This document shows positions 58,472 to 64,000 of a stretch of DNA of 64,000 bases, in pieces; the first letter of the stretch is position 1, and the number at the start of each line of letters is the position of its first letter. The position numbers were made by a program, and so were the translations under genes. Below the pieces are notes generated by a model. It was not told the DNA's origin. It made no database searches and worked only from the letters and a program-made list of their open reading frames with translations. Source of the stretch: an uncultured virus (IMG/VR IMGVR_UViG_3300025767_000007) (taxonomy: Duplodnaviria > Heunggongvirae > Uroviricota > Caudoviricetes); the IMG/VR virus record IMGVR_UViG_3300025767_000007. One strand, given 5' to 3'.

Positions 58472-59410
58472 ATGACACAGAAAATTAGATGGGTTCTAGC
58501 ACATGAGCCAATTGAATTATTTCTAAGAGCGGCAAAAGTTTTCGCATCAGAAGTTAATGCAAAAGCAGAAGGCGCACTAGATATTGAAGTTATGACAATG
58601 AGTGAGTATTCTGCAAAGTATAATAACGGTGTTGTTGTTACTAAGCACGAACTTGTTGATATGATTAACAGAGGCGACATTGAAATGTCCCAAACATACA
58701 CAGTAGACATTGGCGAATATGATCACGAATTCCGTGCATTAGATATGCCATTCCTATTTGAGTCACACGACCACGCAACTAAGGTGTTCGAAGGCCCAAT
58801 CGGTCAGTCACTACTAGACGGATTAACAGAATCAGCTGGTGTTAAAGGTTTAGCCTTTACATACTCCGGTGGATATAGAATTATTCCTGGACAAGAAGGA
58901 ATTGATACTATTGAAGATATTAGAGGTCTAAAACTTCGTACTTCATTCTCACCTGTTGCTATTGAGACTTTCAAAGCAGTTGGTGCAGACGTAGTTCCTA
59001 TGGAACTTGAAGAAATGACAGACGCAATCCAAGACAAAGATATTCAAGTAGGTGAGTCTACTTACCCACGTATCTATGCATTAGGACAAGACAGAGTTTC
59101 TAAGGTTATTAACCACACAGAACACTCATTGTTCTTAACAAGCATCCTAATCAACCAAGACTTCTTTGCAACTCTTGGTGAAGAACTACAAGGTATTGTT
59201 GTAGACGCCGCTAAAACAGCCGCTAATTACGAACGTGTAATCAGCATTGAAGACGTTGCACTTACACAAGCTAAAGCTGAAAGCGATGGCATTGAAGTTC
59301 GTAGAATGTCAACAGAAGAAAAAGCTCGTTTCAAAGCCGCTACTGCTCATGTTTATGACATGTTCCCAGAGTTAGCTGGAACAGTTAAGAAGATCCAAGA
59401 TACAAAATAA
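58472..59410 (+). CDS. dctP: DctP-family solute-binding protein lacking a signal peptide
   Basis: LDMPFLF..DHA..V, GGYR, GLKLRT, F.AVGA..VPM and TEH; no hydrophobic leader. Confidence 0.85.
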   Translation: MTQKIRWVLAHEPIELFLRAAKVFASEVNAKAEGALDIEVMTMSEYSAKYNNGVVVTKHELVDMINRGDIEMSQTYTVDIGEYDHEFRALDMPFLFESHDHATKVFEGPIGQSLLDGLTESAGVKGLAFTYSGGYRIIPGQEGIDTIEDIRGLKLRTSFSPVAIETFKAVGADVVPMELEEMTDAIQDKDIQVGESTYPRIYALGQDRVSKVINHTEHSLFLTSILINQDFFATLGEELQGIVVDAAKTAANYERVISIEDVALTQAKAESDGIEVRRMSTEEKARFKAATAHVYDMFPELAGTVKKIQDTK

Positions 59411-59430
59411 AATATCTTAGAACTACTATG

Positions 59431-59460
59431 GAAAAGGCGCTATTTGGCGCCTTTTCTTTT
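59431..59460 (+). terminator. Rho-independent terminator
   Basis: GAAAAGGCGC/GCGCCTTTTC followed by TTTT. Confidence 0.85.
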
Positions 59461-59556
59461 GACTAAATTTTACTAGCCCTTTTTTATGAATAAACAACTA
59501 ATGGTATAAACTCTTTAACACGTTAACTAAATATTAGTAATGGATAGGAGAACATT

Positions 59557-60642
59557 ATGCCGGCAAGAAATCATAGAAATTGGTTAAAGAAACCATTAGT
59601 AGAATATGTTAGTAGCGAAATATATTCAAGTCAAGAAATATTTGAAGAAGAAATCGAAAGTATTTTCTCAAAGGTGTGGGTACCAGTATGTCACATCAGT
59701 GAAATGTATAATAAATTAGATTATCGAACATCTCAGATAGCAGGCATTAATATTTTAGTTTACAATACCGGAGATGGCGTTAAAGCATATCGTAATTATG
59801 GCAGTTGGGCACCTACTGGAACATTGCAAGCACCTATTGTAACAGTTGAACCACAACTACACAGCGAAGTAAAGCACGGAGGTATGGTATGGGTAACACT
59901 TGATCCTAATCCTACACAGAGTGTTGAAGAGTGGACAGCAGGTGCATTTGATTGCATTGCTGATGCTATTGACACAGAAGAACTAGAAATTTTTCATTAT
60001 CATAAAGCAATTATTCCTACCAACTACAAACTATGGCATGATACTAACAGTGAATTCTATCATGACTTCATGCATTACTTTAATCGTGTAACTGGTTTCA
60101 ACGATGAGTATTTTGCTAGAAAGAATATTCCCTTTGATAACGGGCATGTGAACGTTAGTAGTTTTACTGTAAATTATACAGAGTTTGATAAAGAAGGCGA
60201 TAGAGGTGAACTAAGTTTTCCTAACTTACCTCCAAACCAATGGTATATGGTAGACTTGTTTCCTGGCTTTAACTTTAATTTACGTGGTAGTGCATATCGT
60301 TCAGATAGTGTTACGCCACTTGGACCAAATAGTGTACTAATAGAGTTTAGAGGATACGGTTTAAAGAAAGATACTCCAGAAGAAAGACAAACTCGTATTA
60401 AACATCATAATACTATCTGGGGACCGTTTGGCAGAAACTTACATGAAGATCTTTTAGGTGTAACCGGGCAAGGAGCATCAATGTCTCCAGGCACAGAGAA
60501 AAGAAATATTTTACATGGAAGACATGAAAATAGTACTATACATGATGAAGTTGGTATGCGTCACTACTATGCAGAATGGGGAAAATATATGGAGTTAGAT
60601 CCTAGTAATCCAATAAAAGAGGTTGACAAAAAGGCCGCATAG
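59557..60642 (+). CDS. Aromatic ring-hydroxylating oxygenase alpha-subunit-like protein lacking Rieske ligands
   Basis: IY..EIF..E...IF.KVWVPVCH.SE N-terminus, NYKLWHDTNSEFYHDFMH iron motif, LFPG, PLGP, ED and E.GMRHYY..W; no CxH/CxxH. Confidence 0.85.
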   Translation: MPARNHRNWLKKPLVEYVSSEIYSSQEIFEEEIESIFSKVWVPVCHISEMYNKLDYRTSQIAGINILVYNTGDGVKAYRNYGSWAPTGTLQAPIVTVEPQLHSEVKHGGMVWVTLDPNPTQSVEEWTAGAFDCIADAIDTEELEIFHYHKAIIPTNYKLWHDTNSEFYHDFMHYFNRVTGFNDEYFARKNIPFDNGHVNVSSFTVNYTEFDKEGDRGELSFPNLPPNQWYMVDLFPGFNFNLRGSAYRSDSVTPLGPNSVLIEFRGYGLKKDTPEERQTRIKHHNTIWGPFGRNLHEDLLGVTGQGASMSPGTEKRNILHGRHENSTIHDEVGMRHYYAEWGKYMELDPSNPIKEVDKKAA

Positions 60643-60653
60643 TGTTATAAATA
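60623..60653 (+). promoter_or_regulatory. Composite sigma70/late promoter of the tmRNA gene
   Basis: TTGACA-17 nt-TATAAA with an extended TG; the same bases form TATAAATA. Confidence 0.7.
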
Positions 60654-60657
60654 TAAT

Positions 60658-61090
60658 ACAATGGTGAAGCATAACAAACGTTGTACAGGACTCGGGGGCA
60701 GTACCCGACGCCTCCACCATAAACACACGAACGAGGAATGGAACTATAAACAGTTTTAAAGATAAGTGTAGAATATTTTATATCGTTAAAGGTCATCTTA
60801 ACGTATCTACACAAACAATAGAAGATTGTTACGATTATTATTTTAGAAGAATGTGGAATAATAACGAGTGTTACATATACGAAGAAGGTTTTGAAGAATC
60901 GTATCGTGTTTTTATGATGGGGGCGAAATAGGATCGACTGGCAAGTAGTAGGAATGTGGAGTTGTCCGGATGTAAGCTCGGTTAACGCGAACAAAACGAT
61001 AATTGCAAACGATAATTTTGCATCTGAGGATTTTGCCCTAGCGGCTTAGTTACTCTGGGCGGGTACTGCCTGGAAACAGAAGTGCCACTT
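60658..61090 (+). ncRNA. ssrA: Circularly permuted two-piece tmRNA (alphaproteobacterial type); acceptor piece ~60658-60719, coding piece 60919-~61090
   Basis: T-arm TCGGG-GGCAGTA-CCCGA and 3' end CGCCTCC-ACCA come before the 5' end GGGGGCGAAATAGGATCGAC. The acceptor stem has G3.U70. The tag frame 61005-61049 reads ANDNFASEDFALAA*. Confidence 0.93.
60746..60931 (+). CDS. Putative ORF inside the tmRNA intervening segment (non-canonical ATA start or frameshifted)
   Basis: Frame INSFKDKCRIFYIVKGHLNVSTQTIEDCYDYYFRRMWNNNECYIYEEGFEESYRVFMMGAK*; GAGGA 8 nt upstream of the ATA; not in the supplied ORF track. Confidence 0.45.
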   Translation: MNSFKDKCRIFYIVKGHLNVSTQTIEDCYDYYFRRMWNNNECYIYEEGFEESYRVFMMGAK

Positions 61091-61103
61091 AAAGTGAATA
61101 ACA

Positions 61104-61829
61104 ATGATTGAAAATTTCCATACAAGTGACTTTTTAAGGATTCGGTATATGTCTTCTCCGCAAGAACGATCCTCAAATAGAGTACTAATATGGTTTTCTG
61201 GAATAGCTGGAGCACTTGGCTCAAAAGCAAGACCAAGTGGATTTTTTGAAAGTTTAAACATTGATTCAATTATTTGGGTAGATGAGAAAGCACCTTTCTC
61301 TTGGGGCAATAGTATAGATATTGAAGAACTTTGTAAAACACTTCTGCCTCTAACAAAAAATAAAGAATTACTATTTTTTGGAAATTCAATGGGAGGTTTT
61401 CTAGCAATATTACTTTCTAAGTATCTTAAACCTATAAAGGTTATTACAATGAATCCTCAATATAGTGTTCATCCTGATATAATATTAGAAAAGAGATGGC
61501 GTGATTTTATCAATGTAATTACACAGTTTAAACACAAAGATCTGACTAACAGTTTTATTCCTGATACTGATTATGCAATAATGTTTGGCGTTGATGATCA
61601 GGACGAAATGCATTTTAAGTTATTCAATACCCACCGTAATCTTCCAAATGTACAGATTATTAAATTTTTAGATTACAAAACTAACTTAGATAATGCCGCA
61701 CATCAGGCAGGGGTATATCTTAATAGACTTGGCATCTTCCGTGATGTTATTGCAAACTTTTATAATAGTAAATCACTGAAAGAAATTTTTATAAAAAACT
61801 CCGTTAGATATACAGGGCTGAAACATTAA
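61104..61829 (+). CDS. Alpha/beta hydrolase
   Basis: WFSG oxyanion segment, GNSMGG nucleophile elbow, a candidate Asp (DDQD) and a late His (AAHQ). Confidence 0.75.
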   Translation: MIENFHTSDFLRIRYMSSPQERSSNRVLIWFSGIAGALGSKARPSGFFESLNIDSIIWVDEKAPFSWGNSIDIEELCKTLLPLTKNKELLFFGNSMGGFLAILLSKYLKPIKVITMNPQYSVHPDIILEKRWRDFINVITQFKHKDLTNSFIPDTDYAIMFGVDDQDEMHFKLFNTHRNLPNVQIIKFLDYKTNLDNAAHQAGVYLNRLGIFRDVIANFYNSKSLKEIFIKNSVRYTGLKH

Positions 61830-61939
61830 TACTAAAGGAATGCCTGTTAGGGTGGCATTTAGGGTAAACTTGAATGATGATAATGAATAATTAGAAAGTA
61901 ACATTAGTTACATACACACACAGAAAAGGAGACATAACA

Positions 61940-62221
61940 ATGTCTGATACAATCAAAAACTATAATGATGCTATGAGTGCATCATTCCCTAAGGTAACAT
62001 TCAATAAGAATGGATACGAAATCCGCACACAAGTTCTTGAAATGGCAAAAGAACAAGAATGGAATGACTTTCATGCTAAACTTCAAGCATGGGAGCAAAC
62101 AGTGGTGCGTGATCCAGACACATCAGAGGTAATATCAACAACTTTATTACCTTCGGTTCCAGGCGTATCCGCAATTCTTGAGACCGCCGAAGAGTTTTAT
62201 AACTTTATTAATAAGAAATAA
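61940..62221 (+). CDS. Hypothetical protein
   Basis: AGGAG SD; NKNGYEIRTQVLEMAK...AEEFYNFI. Confidence 0.75.
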   Translation: MSDTIKNYNDAMSASFPKVTFNKNGYEIRTQVLEMAKEQEWNDFHAKLQAWEQTVVRDPDTSEVISTTLLPSVPGVSAILETAEEFYNFINKK

Positions 62222-62338
62222 AACTTTTAAAACAACTCTGCCATCTTTAGTAGATTAGCAGTAGAAACTGACGGTAGCTAGAAATCCGATTACAAAAAAA
62301 GTAGCACTATAAAAGGGGTGGTTACCAAATAAACCCGA

Positions 62339-62368
62339 GGAGCCCAACGGTTAGGCTCCACTTTTCTT
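62339..62368 (+). terminator. Rho-independent terminator
   Basis: GGAGCC...GGCTCC stem followed by ACTTTTCTT. Confidence 0.6.
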
Positions 62369-62385
62369 AACAGCTATATATTAAC

Positions 62386-63024
62386 ATGCTATCAACATAT
62401 GCAAATAAACAAAATACTCATCTTGTAATAGATACAACAACTAATGGAATATTAATTGCAGTACATAGCAACGTTGTTGCGAATGCAATATGTTTTAAAA
62501 TATTGAATACAGAATCAATGTCTATTAGGCTAGTAGATTTCAATGAGCAAATAAATTCATTGCTTAACCCACAGTTTAATGAGTCTAGTAATTTTATATT
62601 AACTAAAGTTGGACATAACTTAACACCTCAATCAACAGCAAATGTTGGACAACTTGTAAAAAGTACAGATGGCCATGGTCGTTTTGGTGTAGCTAAAATG
62701 TCTGAAGTAACAGATGAGTGGATAGCATTAAGAAAGAAAGCACATAATATCAAAGAAGTTATAGCAAGTAGCGATCTTCGAGTTCTTAGATCAGCAACAC
62801 CGAGCAAACAGTTCTTTGGAGACACTATTACCTTTCCTTTTATTAAAAAAGAACTTGATAAATGTAATCCACAGGAAGATCAATACACAGATGCTATTCG
62901 AGAATGGGCAAGTATAGTAAATGTTCCTGTAAAAAAAGGATTTGAAATGCTATCAGCAGAAAGCAATAATATTACTCATTTGGTTAATAATTCAAGAATA
63001 TTTTGGAGTAAAAAATGTCTTTAA
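62386..63024 (+). CDS. Hypothetical protein
   Basis: 212-aa ORF overlapping the start of the next gene. Confidence 0.65.
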   Translation: MLSTYANKQNTHLVIDTTTNGILIAVHSNVVANAICFKILNTESMSIRLVDFNEQINSLLNPQFNESSNFILTKVGHNLTPQSTANVGQLVKSTDGHGRFGVAKMSEVTDEWIALRKKAHNIKEVIASSDLRVLRSATPSKQFFGDTITFPFIKKELDKCNPQEDQYTDAIREWASIVNVPVKKGFEMLSAESNNITHLVNNSRIFWSKKCL

Positions 63025-64000
63025 ATTATGCTTTTAGTACTAAATTAAAACATGGCAGTGAATATACTAAGAAAGACATTGCTGTTTTTCGTTCTCTCTA
63101 TCGTATTGATCCAGATCCATTTTTAGTTGATAGAACTGGCTCTGTAGTCTTTCCTTTCTCAGAAAACAATTATTTTCCAATGATACAACCGTTATCTAAT
63201 GTTATGAGTTGGGAAGAATGTACAAAAGAGAGAGTTGAAGAACTAATATCCTTTGACAAAGAACTTTATGTTATGTGGAGCGGAGGAATAGATAGTACAT
63301 TAATGCTTTTATCTTTTATGAAATATAGTAATATGAATAATGTTACAATAGTTTTAAACATGGACTCAATTAAAGAATATCCTTATTTTTATAAAAGGTT
63401 TATAGCTCAATGTAATTATAAATTACTGTCAACTGAACAATTAATGAATAATGCATTGCTAAATGACATCAATGGATTAATAGTATCAGCCGAACATGCT
63501 GATCAGTTAGTTGGATCTCCTTTGGCTCAGTTACTTGCAACAACATCAGGTAGAACAATGCTTGGTCTTCCATTTGATGAAGACAATTTCAGCAAATTTT
63601 TAACAAACTTAAATGTTCCAGTACATCATATTGATACAATAATGGAACTCTATAACATTAGTATTAAAAACAGTCCTCGTCCAATTAAGAATATGTGGGA
63701 TCTCTGTTGGTGGCATGGATTTAACTTTAAATGGCAAACCATCTACATGAAACTGGCTATTAGAATAAAAAATCCTTTGAATCTTTTAACTTTCTACTCT
63801 TCGGTAAACTTTCAAAATACCAGTATACACCAAGAAGGTAATACACTTGATCTAAAGAAAGTTTTTAAAGATATAATCGTTAATTATACCGAAGATACTG
63901 AATACCTAAGAAAAGAAAAATTTGCATCTTCAACATTATATTATGGACTAACCTCTTCGACAGGATTAGACAAAAATTGGAATAAAATTAATGTTGATAT
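63015..64000 (+). CDS. PP-loop adenine nucleotide alpha hydrolase (asparagine-synthetase-like), 3'-truncated by the window edge
   Basis: GGAG SD and ATG at 63015; frame open to the window end; MWSGGIDS PP-loop (63273) and SAEHADQLVGS; missing from the ORF track. Confidence 0.8.
   Translation, partial: MSLNYAFSTKLKHGSEYTKKDIAVFRSLYRIDPDPFLVDRTGSVVFPFSENNYFPMIQPLSNVMSWEECTKERVEELISFDKELYVMWSGGIDSTLMLLSFMKYSNMNNVTIVLNMDSIKEYPYFYKRFIAQCNYKLLSTEQLMNNALLNDINGLIVSAEHADQLVGSPLAQLLATTSGRTMLGLPFDEDNFSKFLTNLNVPVHHIDTIMELYNISIKNSPRPIKNMWDLCWWHGFNFKWQTIYMKLAIRIKNPLNLLTFYSSVNFQNTSIHQEGNTLDLKKVFKDIIVNYTEDTEYLRKEKFASSTLYYGLTSSTGLDKNWNKINVD

Noticed and set aside
1147..59037. Numerous antisense or nested ORFs in the track (e.g. 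8749-9126, 10080-10460, 22848-23318, 27561-27974, 39093-39494, 41176-41574)
   Set aside because: They lie within well-supported genes and have the S/L/I/F-rich composition typical of reverse-frame shadows.
55282..60642. Host chromosomal contamination or prophage boundary
   Set aside because: The genes carry the same TAAATA promoters and AT-rich style as the phage genes and are flanked by phage-type hypotheticals; read-level confirmation is still advisable.
60680..60719. Apparent tRNA 3' half or attachment-site remnant
   Set aside because: It pairs with the downstream GGGGGCG and belongs to the permuted tmRNA. No full tRNA cloverleaf, integrase or duplicated att sequence was seen.
60602..61309. 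Minus-strand ORFs 60602-60994, 60982-61269 and 61046-61309
   Set aside because: They are antisense to the tmRNA and hydrolase genes, have no SD or promoter, and are better explained as shadow frames.
1..64000. Stop-codon reassignment
   Set aside because: Conserved genes are full length in the standard code, and TAA, TAG and TGA all end genes.

Overview
AT-rich, gene-dense, mostly plus-strand segment of a large T4-like (contractile-tailed, probably jumbo) phage genome. The host is probably an alphaproteobacterium, judged from the tmRNA type. Gene order: (1) repeat-rich tail/virion fibre genes, one with a C-terminal S74 chaperone, and a glycosyltransferase cassette (1-7.6 kb); (2) neck, tail completion, sheath, tube, head completion and terminase genes (8-25 kb); (3) a recombination/replication block with gp32 SSB, UvsX, UvsY, an AAA ATPase, UvsW, a miniature DnaE-like protein, primase and helicase (25.8-39 kb); (4) probable head-internal proteins, one with an RNA-ligase-like fold (39-47 kb); (5) exonuclease, class Ia NrdAB and PAAR (47-54 kb); (6) an unusual accessory island (54.4-64 kb). 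The island holds a cold-shock protein, a complete DctQMP TRAP transporter, a second DctP without signal peptide, a ring-hydroxylating oxygenase alpha subunit lacking its Rieske cluster ligands, and a circularly permuted two-piece tmRNA. The ~200-nt intervening segment of that tmRNA carries an unannotated ORF whose stop codon lies inside the mature tmRNA. An alpha/beta hydrolase and a PP-loop (asparagine-synthetase-like) enzyme follow. Sigma70-type promoters and TAAATA late promoters are both clearly visible, and many appear to produce leaderless mRNAs. All functional calls come from reading motifs by eye; no database searches were run.
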